Notes: generated by a model not told the origin, from the letters alone. A DNA stretch of 64,000 bases from Bacteroidia bacterium (GCA_965216465.1 CBDCFW010000005.1:224001-288000), one strand, 5' to 3'; positions 20,174-29,827 are shown, counted from the stretch's first letter. Translations and numbers: made by a program.

Positions 20174-21249
20174 TTTTTTTTAGAAACGTCTATTGCGTGT
20201 TGAAGCGACGCCAATTTAATCAAGCACAATTCGATATGGAGGCGCTGATTTCTACTAGCTTTATAGCTCATGTCGGCTTCTCCCAATAGATTAATGGCGT
20301 TGATTATAAACGAAGGACTAACTCGTTGAGCCTGATTGTGATAACGCGATGCAATTTCTTTCGATTTTTCAAGCAATTGTTGGCTCGAAGCATTTTGAGC
20401 AACCAGCAAATCACGGAAGTGATTAGCCAAACCGTTTAAGAATATCTGGCCATCAAAGCCTTTCCGTTGAATCTCATCGAAGGTCACAAGAACCTCGCTC
20501 AATTTACCTTCCAAAAAGAAATCAGTAATCTTAAAATAGTAGTCGTAATCAAGAATGTTTAAATTCTCTATAACTTCATTGTATGTGATTTTTCCCTCAG
20601 AACCAAAACTCGCCATCTGGTCGAAAATGGATAAGGCATCTCGCATTGCCCCATCTGCTTTCTCGGCGATTAGGTGTAAGGCTTCATCTTCAGCATTGAT
20701 TTCTTCATCTTTTGCAATGTTCTGTAAATGACTTACAATTTCTGGAATCTGTATGCGGTCAAAATTAAATACCTGACAACGTGAAAGTATGGTCGGTAGA
20801 ATTTTGTGCTTTTCTGTCGTTGCCAGAATAAAGATTGCATACTTAGGAGGTTCTTCTAAGGTTTTCAGAAATGCATTAAATGCACTTTGAGATAACATAT
20901 GAACCTCGTCGATAATATAAACCTTGTAGTCGCCTGTTTGGGGTGGGATTCGAACTTGCTCATTCAGTGACCTTATATCTTCAACAGAGTTATGCGATGC
21001 GGCATCAAGTTCAAAAATATTGAATGAGAAATCGTAGTCTGCAGGAACGCTTCCCTTGTTTATCTCTTTAGCAAGGATACGTGCACATGTGGTTTTACCA
21101 ACACCTCTAGGACCACAAAAAAGAAAGGCTTGAGCCAATCGATCGTTCTTAATTTCATTAACAAGCGTTTGGGTAATATGCTCTTGCCCCACTACCGAAT
21201 CAAATGATTCTGGTCTATACTTTCTTGCACTTACAACAAAACTGCTCAT
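20161..21249 (-). CDS. dnaX: DNA polymerase III subunit gamma/tau (N-terminal, gamma-length ORF)
   Basis: SARKYRP, GPRGVGKTT, ELDAASHNSV, IIDEVHMLS, TILSRCQ; ends VSKKKSLS* just after an A10 run. Confidence 0.97.
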   Translation of the reverse strand: MSSFVVSARKYRPESFDSVVGQEHITQTLVNEIKNDRLAQAFLFCGPRGVGKTTCARILAKEINKGSVPADYDFSFNIFELDAASHNSVEDIRSLNEQVRIPPQTGDYKVYIIDEVHMLSQSAFNAFLKTLEEPPKYAIFILATTEKHKILPTILSRCQVFNFDRIQIPEIVSHLQNIAKDEEINAEDEALHLIAEKADGAMRDALSIFDQMASFGSEGKITYNEVIENLNILDYDYYFKITDFFLEGKLSEVLVTFDEIQRKGFDGQIFLNGLANHFRDLLVAQNASSQQLLEKSKEIASRYHNQAQRVSPSFIINAINLLGEADMSYKASRNQRLHIELCLIKLASLQHAIDVSKKKSLS

Positions 21250-21401
21250 TGAAGTGCAAAGTATAATGCTACGACTGTGATAAACAAGCGGTGTTGAAAA
21301 CTATGGATAATGAAAAATACCGCCAGAAAAAGCCCCAAATTCTCCTGCCAAAAAATGAGTAAATAAATAAGCTAAAGCCTTTTGTTTTAAAGAGAATTTG
21401 T

Positions 21402-21420
21402 TACTTTTGCAGCCCTAAAA
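21402..21420 (+). promoter_or_regulatory. -7 promoter element and downstream motif of rpsF-rpsR-rplI
   Basis: TACTTTTG followed by CAGCCCTAAAA; TTTG at 21381-21384. Confidence 0.65.
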
Positions 21421-21439
21421 TTTTTAACAACATTTAAAA

Positions 21440-21862
21440 ATGGCAAAAACAAATTACGAGTCTGTAATCATTTTAACACCCGTGCTGAGTGAGAAGATGC
21501 TACAAGATGCAGTGGATTCTTACAAGAAGCTGATTACAGAAAATGGTGGAGAGCTCATCCACGAAGAAAATTGGGGCCTTACAAAAATGGCTTACCCAAT
21601 TCAGAAAAAAACTACAGGATTCTATCAAATTTTCGAATTTGCTGCAGAACCTGATACTGACATTGTAGACAAACTAGAATTGTCTTACCGAAGAGACGAG
21701 CAAGTACTTAGATACTTGACTATCAAATTGGATAAGCACGCAGTTATCTACAACGAAAGAAGAAGAAAAGGCGAATTCAACAAGCCTAAGGAAGTTAAAG
21801 AGGCAGCAGCTCCAACTACTGAAGCTAAAGCTGAAACTAAATCAAACGAAGAGGAGGAATAA
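21440..21862 (+). CDS. rpsF: 30S ribosomal protein S6
   Basis: YESVIILTP, ENWGLTKMAYPIQKK, RRDEQVLRYL. Confidence 0.97.
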   Translation: MAKTNYESVIILTPVLSEKMLQDAVDSYKKLITENGGELIHEENWGLTKMAYPIQKKTTGFYQIFEFAAEPDTDIVDKLELSYRRDEQVLRYLTIKLDKHAVIYNERRRKGEFNKPKEVKEAAAPTTEAKAETKSNEEEE

Positions 21863-21865
21863 GTC

Positions 21866-22126
21866 ATGGCAAAAAGAAGTAACTACAGATTTAAGAAAGC
21901 TCCAGTTGTAAGAGCAAAGAAATATTGCAGATTTAAGAAAAGCGGTATTAAGTACATCGATTACAAAAACCCAGATTTCTTAATGGCATTTATCAATGAG
22001 CAAGGAAAACTTCTTCCGAGAAGAATTACCGGAACTTCATTAAAGTATCAAAGAAAAGTTGCTACCGCGGTTAAACGATGCAGACACATTGCACTTTTAC
22101 CATACGTTGCAGATCAATTAAAATAA
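21866..22126 (+). CDS. rpsR: 30S ribosomal protein S18
   Basis: KYCRFKK...IDYK...GKLLPRRITG...ALLPY. Confidence 0.98.
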   Translation: MAKRSNYRFKKAPVVRAKKYCRFKKSGIKYIDYKNPDFLMAFINEQGKLLPRRITGTSLKYQRKVATAVKRCRHIALLPYVADQLK

Positions 22127-22146
22127 ACCCATAAAATTTATACGAA

Positions 22147-22587
22147 ATGGAAATCATATTAAAAGATTACGTAAAAGGATTGGGTGAGAAAAACGACATC
22201 GTTACTGTAAAGAACGGTTACGGAAGAAACTACCTAATTCCTCAAGGATTAGCGGTAATCGCAACCAAATCTGCTAAGAAAATGGCAGAAGAAAATATTC
22301 GACAAGCTGCACACAAGCAAGAAAAAATCAAACAAGATGCTGAAGCTATGGCTGAAAAAATCAACGGTTTGAAACTTTCTATTGAGACTAAAGCAGGTTC
22401 TAACGGAAAAATCTTTGGTTCTGTTACCACAATTCAAATCGCTCAAAGTCTTAAAGACAAAGGATTTGAAATTGATAAAAGAAAAATCAGCTCGCCAGAC
22501 ATCAAAAATCTTGGTGAGTACAAAGCAACTATTGCACTACACAAAGAGGTTTCAGCTGAAATCGATTTAGAAGTAGTTCAAGGATAA
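22147..22587 (+). CDS. rplI: 50S ribosomal protein L9
   Basis: VKNGYGRNYLIPQG, GKIFGSVT. Confidence 0.98.
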   Translation: MEIILKDYVKGLGEKNDIVTVKNGYGRNYLIPQGLAVIATKSAKKMAEENIRQAAHKQEKIKQDAEAMAEKINGLKLSIETKAGSNGKIFGSVTTIQIAQSLKDKGFEIDKRKISSPDIKNLGEYKATIALHKEVSAEIDLEVVQG

Positions 22588-22608
22588 GCTTAAACAAAAC
22601 CTAAACTT

Positions 22609-22644
22609 AAAAATCTCGATTCCTTTGGAGTCGGGATTTTTTTT
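22609..22644. terminator. Bidirectional terminator between rplI and the convergent permease gene
   Basis: AAAAATCTCGATTCC-ttt-GGAGTCGGGATTTTTTTT. Confidence 0.8.
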
Positions 22645-23872
22645 ATTCATGTCTTAGGGCTTCAATCGGATTAACTCTCGACGCTTTGAAAGCCGGCCAG
22701 ATTCCTGCAGCAAGTCCAACTACTGTACAAACGGCCAGTGACATCAAAATCCAATCCCAAGGAATAATAAAATTACCTCCGATATAACTCGAAATAACAT
22801 TTCCAATTAGGATTCCAAACACTACTCCTCCTAAGCCTCCGATCTGACAGATAGTGATGGCCTCAATCACAAATTGTTTAAGTACTGTACTACTGCGGGC
22901 TCCAATAGCCTTTCTTGTTCCAATTTCTTTTGTTCGTTCCGTGACTGAAACTAGCATAATGTTCATTAACGCGATGGCTGCCCCCAATAATGTTATACCC
23001 GCAATTACCATCGCACCAACCAAAAAGTTGTATAAGATTTCCATCAGCGATTCTGCTATGCTGTCTGATTTTACGAAACTAAAGTTGTTTGATTCCTTTA
23101 CCCGCAGTTTTCTAACTTGCCTGAAAAGGTTTTCTGAATATGCTATGGCATCATTCATTTCCATTACATCTTCAACCACAACACCTATATTATAACTTAC
23201 ATCAGATCGGGCAAATTTAGCTCGAGCCGTAGTAACAGGAACGAGAATAATACGATCCCCCCCAAAATCAAACGCTCCTCCTTTAGGTCCGAACAAACCA
23301 ACAACTCGAAGCTTAACCCCTCCTACCTTGATAAATTCGTTTATACAGTCTTTGTTGCCAAATAATGTTTGCTTTATTTCTTGACCAATAATGGCAACGT
23401 TTAAATTTCGTTCAACATCAGAAGGTGTTATGTTTCGCCCTTCCTCCAAATCATAACCTGCCACGGCAAAATAATTTTCGTCACCTCCGATAACCTGTGT
23501 ATTGGGATTGGTTTTTTCTGACCCTCTTTTGGCAACAGCTCCGTTTAAGTTATTTGAATTCACAGAGACCAAAGCGTCTAATTCAAAACGCTCTTTAAAC
23601 TCTTGTGCTTGCTTAAAATTAATGTTATCGAAACGAACTCTTTTTGAATTACGGTTCAGGTTAAAATTGGAAGACCTATTTTGAATGTTAAACGAATTTG
23701 ACCCCATGAAGGTAAAATTCTTAACGATACTGGTTTCAATTCCATCAATAGCAGTAAGCATACCTACCAACGCACTTATACCAATTGAGATAATAAGGCA
23801 AGTGATAACGGTTCGCGTTAAATTTCCGCGAATCGAATTCAATGCAATCTTAACATTCTGGTACAGCGTCAT
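22643..23872 (-). CDS. MacB/FtsX-family ABC transporter permease
   Basis: MNIMLVSVTERTKEIGTRKAIGA, NPIEALRHE; MacB-type periplasmic domain. Confidence 0.92.
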   Translation of the reverse strand: MTLYQNVKIALNSIRGNLTRTVITCLIISIGISALVGMLTAIDGIETSIVKNFTFMGSNSFNIQNRSSNFNLNRNSKRVRFDNINFKQAQEFKERFELDALVSVNSNNLNGAVAKRGSEKTNPNTQVIGGDENYFAVAGYDLEEGRNITPSDVERNLNVAIIGQEIKQTLFGNKDCINEFIKVGGVKLRVVGLFGPKGGAFDFGGDRIILVPVTTARAKFARSDVSYNIGVVVEDVMEMNDAIAYSENLFRQVRKLRVKESNNFSFVKSDSIAESLMEILYNFLVGAMVIAGITLLGAAIALMNIMLVSVTERTKEIGTRKAIGARSSTVLKQFVIEAITICQIGGLGGVVFGILIGNVISSYIGGNFIIPWDWILMSLAVCTVVGLAAGIWPAFKASRVNPIEALRHE

Positions 23873-23997
23873 ACAAGTTCAAAGTAAGCGTATAATAGCT
23901 TACGAATTACACCTATCTACCAACAAATGAAAAAAATCGATTTTATGGAATTATTTAATGGTTAAAATAAGTTTCCGTGTAAATTCGTTCGAAATTT

Positions 23998-24543
23998 ATG
24001 ATTCTTTACCAAGTAGATTTAGTTGAGGTGGTGGTTAACATATTGATGTTCATCATTCCTTCTGTAATTGTGTTTGCTGTTGCATACTATTTTGTTACGC
24101 GATTTTTAGAAGAACAACGAAAAGAGCGTTTATTAGAATTAAAAAAGGAGCACTCAAAACAGATCACTCCAATTAAATTGCAGGCCTATGAACGATTGGC
24201 ATTATTTCTTGACCGAATAAGCCCTGACAATTTGGTGGTTAGATTATCTAAATCAGGTCAAAGTGCTGAACAACTAAGGATTCTATTAATACGAACCATC
24301 ACTGATGAATTTAACCACAACATTTCACAACAAATTTATGTTTCTGATCAATCTTGGAATATGGTTAAAGCAGTAAAGGAACAAATTATTGGAATTGTCG
24401 AAATCAGCTACAAAGAGTGTGAAGAAAATGAGAGCGGACCTTCACTTGGTAAACGAATTTTAACGCGGTTAATGAACGAGAAACAAATTCCTACTCAAAA
24501 GGCAATTGAGTTACTGAAAAAAGAGATTGAGATTGTTTTTTAG
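23998..24543 (+). CDS. Conserved Bacteroidota membrane-anchored hypothetical protein
   Basis: N-terminal TM; LQAYERLALFLDRISP, EFNHNISQQIYVS motifs. Confidence 0.8.
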   Translation: MILYQVDLVEVVVNILMFIIPSVIVFAVAYYFVTRFLEEQRKERLLELKKEHSKQITPIKLQAYERLALFLDRISPDNLVVRLSKSGQSAEQLRILLIRTITDEFNHNISQQIYVSDQSWNMVKAVKEQIIGIVEISYKECEENESGPSLGKRILTRLMNEKQIPTQKAIELLKKEIEIVF

Positions 24544-24616
24544 CAAGAACGACATCGGTCTAATAAACTGGTCAACTTAAGCTTAAATTAATCTTAATAA
24601 GTCTCGAAATTACGGG

Positions 24617-24753
24617 TTGTCCACATATGGGATTTTGCCCAAATTTGGATTAAAAATTATTTGAAAATAAATGTTCAAACATCAAAAAAGTGTTGATGTG
24701 TTGATTATGAGGTCAATAGCCCAAATCACGCATTATTAAAGGGCTTTGGATAA
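24617..24753. promoter_or_regulatory. DnaA-box-like sites upstream of dnaA
   Basis: TTGTCCACA (24617-24625, +) and TTATCCAAA (24745-24753, -), each one mismatch from TTATCCACA; weaker sites at 24644 and 24699. Confidence 0.5.
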
Positions 24754-24889
24754 TAAAAAATAATTTAAAATCAAGTAATATTTAATTTTTTTAAGAACTT
24801 TTTTTGCCTCAACTTAGCGCCACGTTATCGAAAGATATCAGACCAGAAATATTATAATTGATTTAACTTTTTAATAACCAAAAACTTAT

Positions 24890-26326
24890 ATGAGCGAACA
24901 ACATGAAACTGTGTGGAACAACTGTCTTCAGACCATTAAAGACAATGTAAATCCACAAAGTTTTAAGACCTGGTTTATTCCTATTAAACCATTAAAATTA
25001 GAGGACAAAGTATTGACTATTCAAGTTCCTAGTCAATTCTTTTATGAATGGCTTGAAGAACATTATGTCGGACTTCTAAAAAAGACTTTAGAAAAAGAGT
25101 TAGGGGCAGGTTCTAAACTGGAATACAACGTAATTGTAGAAAACAGTGGAGGAACGAGTGCAAGACCTTATACGGTTAATATGCCTACCCGAAATGTCAC
25201 CCATAACAACAAAAATGAGATGGGTATGCCAATTAATCTTTCGAACAACATTCATAACCCATTTATTATTCCTGGTCTTAAAAAGTTAAATGTTGATTCA
25301 CAACTAAACTCGTCTTATACATTCGATAATTTTATCGAAGGCGAATGCAACAGACTTGCGCGCTCAGCAGGTTATGCAGTTGCAAACAAACCGGGTGGAA
25401 CAGCATTTAACCCGCTAATGATTTTTGGTGGTGTAGGTCTCGGAAAAACTCACCTTGTTCATGCCATCGGAAACAGAATAAAAGAAATTTCAAGCAACAA
25501 GTCGGTACTCTATGTATCTTCAGAACGCTTTATTAATCAATATGTAGATAGTGCAAAAAATGGTAACTACAACGACTTCTTGCACTTTTACCAAATGATC
25601 GACGTACTAATCGTTGATGACGTTCAGTTTTTTGCCAAGAAAGAGAAAACACAGGAAATATTCTTCCAGATATTCAACTACTTGCATCAAAATCAAAAGC
25701 AATTGATTCTTACAAGTGATCGTGCTCCAAAAGACTTAAAAGATGTTGACGAACGATTATTGAGTAGATTTAAATGGGGTCTTTCTGCAGATCTTCAAAA
25801 TCCAGACTTTGATACACGTGTTTCTATTTTAGAACAAAAAATGTATCAAGATGGAATCAAGTTTGCTCCAGAAGTAATTGAATATGTTGCCAATAAGGTT
25901 GACTCTAACATCCGCGAATTGGAAGGTGCTCTAATTTCACTAATTGCACAAGCTTCATTGAATAGAAAAGAAATCGACTTGGATATGACCAAGAAAATGA
26001 TGAAGAACTTTGTTAAGAATTCTTCTCGTGAGATTTCAATCGAATTTATTCAAAAGCTAGTATCGGATTATTTTGGAGTTAGCGTAGATCTTATGAAGTC
26101 GAAAACTAGAAAAAGAGAAATTGTTCAAGCTCGTCAAATTTCTATGTTCTTTGCAAAACAGCTGACTCAAGCATCGCTTAAAAATATAGGAATGTACTTT
26201 GGAGGTCGTGACCACTCAACGGTTATACACGCTTGTCAGACCGTTAATGATTTAATCGACACCGATAAGAAATTCAAATCTGATGTTGAAGAATTAACCA
26301 AACGCATCAAGATTAACACATACTAA
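24890..26326 (+). CDS. dnaA: Chromosomal replication initiator DnaA
   Basis: FNPLMIFGGVGLGKTHL, DDVQFF, LLSRFKWGL, RELEGAL, FGGRDHSTVIHA. Confidence 0.99.
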   Translation: MSEQHETVWNNCLQTIKDNVNPQSFKTWFIPIKPLKLEDKVLTIQVPSQFFYEWLEEHYVGLLKKTLEKELGAGSKLEYNVIVENSGGTSARPYTVNMPTRNVTHNNKNEMGMPINLSNNIHNPFIIPGLKKLNVDSQLNSSYTFDNFIEGECNRLARSAGYAVANKPGGTAFNPLMIFGGVGLGKTHLVHAIGNRIKEISSNKSVLYVSSERFINQYVDSAKNGNYNDFLHFYQMIDVLIVDDVQFFAKKEKTQEIFFQIFNYLHQNQKQLILTSDRAPKDLKDVDERLLSRFKWGLSADLQNPDFDTRVSILEQKMYQDGIKFAPEVIEYVANKVDSNIRELEGALISLIAQASLNRKEIDLDMTKKMMKNFVKNSSREISIEFIQKLVSDYFGVSVDLMKSKTRKREIVQARQISMFFAKQLTQASLKNIGMYFGGRDHSTVIHACQTVNDLIDTDKKFKSDVEELTKRIKINTY

Positions 26327-26348
26327 TTCAGTCTAAAATTCGAATATT

Positions 26349-26383
26349 AAAAAAGCCACTTGTTTGTTCAAGTGGCTTTTTTT
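26349..26383. terminator. Bidirectional terminator after dnaA
   Basis: AAAAAAGCCACTTG-tttgtt-CAAGTGGCTTTTTTT. Confidence 0.85.
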
Positions 26384-26399
26384 GGGTTGATTTTTAATT

Positions 26400-27026
26400 T
26401 TATTCCTCTCCTATTTGTCCGATTTCATCTTCTTGCTCCCCCATGTTTCTTTTGATTTCATCGTAGAACTCAGCCATGGTTACCTGCATAACAGGTAAAA
26501 GAAACAAGAATCCTATTCCAAGGGTTAAAAGACAAAGTAGAGAAAGTAAACCGAATATTAGAAGTAAGACAAAGTACTTTGTCTTGTTGCCTTTCATCAT
26601 TTGCTCGCTTTTTCTCAAGGCATCCATTGCATTAATATCAGGCTCATCCGCCAAAATATACATCGCTTGAGAATAAGCTAAAGACTTTATAATTCCAGGA
26701 ATAATTAGCAATAATGTCCAAAGTAGTACAAGAACCATCATCAAGAGATAAGTTCCTAAAGCGTTACCAAAATTGCTGAATCCAGAAAACAGATTTTCAA
26801 CGGCAAATTCACTATTTCGTCTAACCCTCAAGGCCCAAATGGCTACGCCAAGCATTAAAGGTCCAGATAAGATAATTGAGCCTATGCCAAAAGGAATAAG
26901 TCCAATGCCAAAAGCTACGGCCATGTATAGTAAAAAGGTAATGATTGCTTGTCCCCAATTCACAGCGACCTTGTCTTTGGCCATGCGGAGTAAATCGGTA
27001 TTTGGTGTAGTTACGAGATTGTTCAT
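26400..27026 (-). CDS. DUF975-family integral membrane protein
   Basis: LWTLLLIIPGIIKSLAYSQAMYIL, ALRKSEQMMKGNK. Confidence 0.88.
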   Translation of the reverse strand: MNNLVTTPNTDLLRMAKDKVAVNWGQAIITFLLYMAVAFGIGLIPFGIGSIILSGPLMLGVAIWALRVRRNSEFAVENLFSGFSNFGNALGTYLLMMVLVLLWTLLLIIPGIIKSLAYSQAMYILADEPDINAMDALRKSEQMMKGNKTKYFVLLLIFGLLSLLCLLTLGIGFLFLLPVMQVTMAEFYDEIKRNMGEQEDEIGQIGEE

Positions 27027-27121
27027 CTTCCAAAACTATTAAAATTTCTGAAAGATTAATCCACTCTTATTCTACCAAGTAATATTATACCTACCTTTGC
27101 AGCCATTTTAGCCTTACTTGT

Positions 27122-28930
27122 ATGCAAGACATTAGAAATGTGGCCATAATTGCCCACGTAGACCACGGAAAAACAACACTTGTAGATCGTATTCTTCAAG
27201 CTTGCCAATTTTTTAAAGACCACGAACAACCTGGTGAATTGGTGATGGACAACAATGATCTCGAGCGAGAACGTGGTATTACCATTCTTTCTAAGAATGT
27301 TTCAGTACACTATAAAGATGTAAAAATTAACATCATCGATACACCTGGTCACAGTGACTTTGGTGGTGAGGTTGAGCGGGTTATGAATATGGCCGATGGA
27401 GTACTCCTTCTAGTTGATGCCTTTGAAGGACCAATGCCACAAACGCGATTTGTTCTGCAAAAAGCATTAGAAGCAGGATTAAAACCCGTGGTTGTTATTA
27501 ACAAAGTAGATAAAGAAAATTGTACTCCAGACGAGGTGCACGAAAAGGTATTTGACCTCATGTTTGCACTTGATGCTACAGAAGAGCAATTGGATTTTGA
27601 AACGCTCTATGGCTCCGCTAAAAACAACTGGATGAGTACCGATTGGCAACAACCAACCGACAATATGTTCCCTGTTTTAGATGCAATTGTTGAGCACGTT
27701 CCCCCTCCTATTCAAGAACAAGGAACTCCTCAAATGATGATAACTTCTTTAGATTTCAGCAAGTATACTGGCCGTATCGCGATCGGTAAGCTAAAGCGTG
27801 GTGAATTGGTTCCTAATCAAGCAGTATCTTTGGTTAAACGTGATGGAAGTGTTGTTAAATCGAAAATCAAGGAGGTCTTCTTATACGATGGTCTTGCTAA
27901 AATTAAAGTTGATCGAGTTGAAGCCGGAGATATTTGTGCAGTTACAGGTTTGGAAGGGTTTGAAATTGGAGACACCATTTCTGATATTGAAAACCCTGAA
28001 GGCCTACCAACAATTGCAATTGACGAACCTACAATTAGCATGCTTTTCACCATTAACGATAGTCCATTCTTTGGGAAAGAAGGAAAGTTTGTGACCAGTC
28101 GCCATATTAAAGAGCGTTTAGAAAAAGAACTTGAAAGAAATCTCGCGATGCGCTTAGAAGAAACAAGCTCAGCTGATTCATTTTTGGTTTACGGAAGAGG
28201 AGTTCTACACCTTTCAGTTCTAATCGAAACTATGCGAAGAGAAGGATACGAATTGCAAATTGGCCAACCTCGTGTAATTATAAAGGAAGTTGACGGTGTT
28301 AAATGTGAGCCAGTAGAAGAATTGACCATCGATGTTCCTGAACACCATAGTGGAAAAGTGATTGAATTTGTTACCCAACGAAAAGGAAACATGCTCACCA
28401 TGGAACCAAAAGGAGATGGCATGCATTTAGAGTTCGAAATCCCATCAAGAGGTATTATCGGTTTGAGAAACCATCTACTAACGAGTACTCAAGGTGAGGC
28501 AATCATTTCGCATCGCTTTAAAGAATTTCAACCCCATAAAGGTGAAATTCCACAGCGAATTAATGGCTCACTCATAAGCATGGAGAACGGAACTGCAATA
28601 CCTTATAGCTTAAACAACCTGCAAGAAAGAGGTAAATTCTTTGTGAATCCAGGCCAAGACATTTATGAAGGGCAAGTGGTAGGTGAACACAGTCGTCCTG
28701 GTGATGTTGTAGTAAACTTAACCAAAGGAAAGAAGCTCAGTAACGTTCGTGCAGCTGGAACCGATGATAAAGTTAAACTTGCTCCAGCAGTAATCTTCAC
28801 TTTAGAAGAAGCTTTAGAATACATTCAAGCTGACGAGTATGTGGAAGTGACTCCTGAAACTATTCGTTTGCGTAAGATATTCCTGAAAGACTACGAAAGA
28901 AAGCGTGCTAAAAACGCAGCATTAAATTAG
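27122..28930 (+). CDS. typA: Translational GTPase TypA/BipA
   Basis: IAHVDHGKTT, ERERGITILSK, DTPGHSDFGGEVER, GRGVLHLSVLIETMRREG. Confidence 0.98.
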   Translation: MQDIRNVAIIAHVDHGKTTLVDRILQACQFFKDHEQPGELVMDNNDLERERGITILSKNVSVHYKDVKINIIDTPGHSDFGGEVERVMNMADGVLLLVDAFEGPMPQTRFVLQKALEAGLKPVVVINKVDKENCTPDEVHEKVFDLMFALDATEEQLDFETLYGSAKNNWMSTDWQQPTDNMFPVLDAIVEHVPPPIQEQGTPQMMITSLDFSKYTGRIAIGKLKRGELVPNQAVSLVKRDGSVVKSKIKEVFLYDGLAKIKVDRVEAGDICAVTGLEGFEIGDTISDIENPEGLPTIAIDEPTISMLFTINDSPFFGKEGKFVTSRHIKERLEKELERNLAMRLEETSSADSFLVYGRGVLHLSVLIETMRREGYELQIGQPRVIIKEVDGVKCEPVEELTIDVPEHHSGKVIEFVTQRKGNMLTMEPKGDGMHLEFEIPSRGIIGLRNHLLTSTQGEAIISHRFKEFQPHKGEIPQRINGSLISMENGTAIPYSLNNLQERGKFFVNPGQDIYEGQVVGEHSRPGDVVVNLTKGKKLSNVRAAGTDDKVKLAPAVIFTLEEALEYIQADEYVEVTPETIRLRKIFLKDYERKRAKNAALN

Positions 28931-28954
28931 TATTAAGCGATTTAATAAATTTGC

Positions 28955-29827
28955 GTGGTGAGCAAAGTTCTCTTTTATCTCATAATTAAACCACTATCCT
29001 TCTTACCACTTTGGATATTGTATCGGATTTCGGATGTTTTGGCTCCGGTTTTATTTTATCTTATTCCGTATCGTAAAAAAGTAGTAATTGGCAATATTTC
29101 GAGGTCATTCCCAGATAAAAGCAAGAAGGAAGTAAATCAAATTGCATTCAAATTTTACCGACATTTCTGCGATATAATTATTGAGGGCGTAAAGCTTTTC
29201 AGCATATCTAGAAAAGAGGTTTTAAAGCGATTTGTAGTATTAAACCCTGAGCTGGCAAACAACTATTTTAAGGCAGGAAGACCTATTGTTTTGGTTGGGG
29301 CACATTACAACAATTGGGAGATTCTTGCCAGTGGGTTAAACGACCAGATTGATCACCAAGCGGTTGGAATTTATGCTAAATTGGAAAACCCTTTTTTTAA
29401 CACCAAGTTTTTGGAAAGTAGAACAAAATTTGGTCTACGCATGATCCCAACAAAAGAGGTTGCTCCGTACTTCATTAGAGGATTTGAAACTCCTACTGCA
29501 ACTATTTTTGGGGCAGATCAAAGTCCAACCTATAACAAAGGTGTTCACTGGATGACCTTTCTTAATCAAGAAACTGCGGTGGCCAATGGAACTGAACGTT
29601 TCGCTAAGAAATACAATCTTCCAGTAGTGTATGGCAAAATCGAAAAAGTAAAGCGAGGCTATTACACGTTTGAAATGGAAACCATTTTCGACCAACCAAA
29701 AGATGCCAATGATGGTGAAATTAGTGAAGGTTTTACCAAGAAAATTGAAGAGCAGATAAATAACGATCCGCAGTATTGGTTATGGACCCACAAGCGTTGG
29801 AAACGTAAAAGACAGGAAAATGAGTAG
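28955..29827 (+). CDS. Lipid A late acyltransferase (LpxL/HtrB) family
   Basis: AHYNNWE (HxxxxE), GADQSP, PQYWLWTHKRWK. Confidence 0.88.
   Translation: MVSKVLFYLIIKPLSFLPLWILYRISDVLAPVLFYLIPYRKKVVIGNISRSFPDKSKKEVNQIAFKFYRHFCDIIIEGVKLFSISRKEVLKRFVVLNPELANNYFKAGRPIVLVGAHYNNWEILASGLNDQIDHQAVGIYAKLENPFFNTKFLESRTKFGLRMIPTKEVAPYFIRGFETPTATIFGADQSPTYNKGVHWMTFLNQETAVANGTERFAKKYNLPVVYGKIEKVKRGYYTFEMETIFDQPKDANDGEISEGFTKKIEEQINNDPQYWLWTHKRWKRKRQENE

Noticed and set aside
21410-21439. S6:S18 autoregulatory leader RNA upstream of rpsF
   Set aside because: The predicted leader is only about 25 nt, A/T-rich and without a stem.
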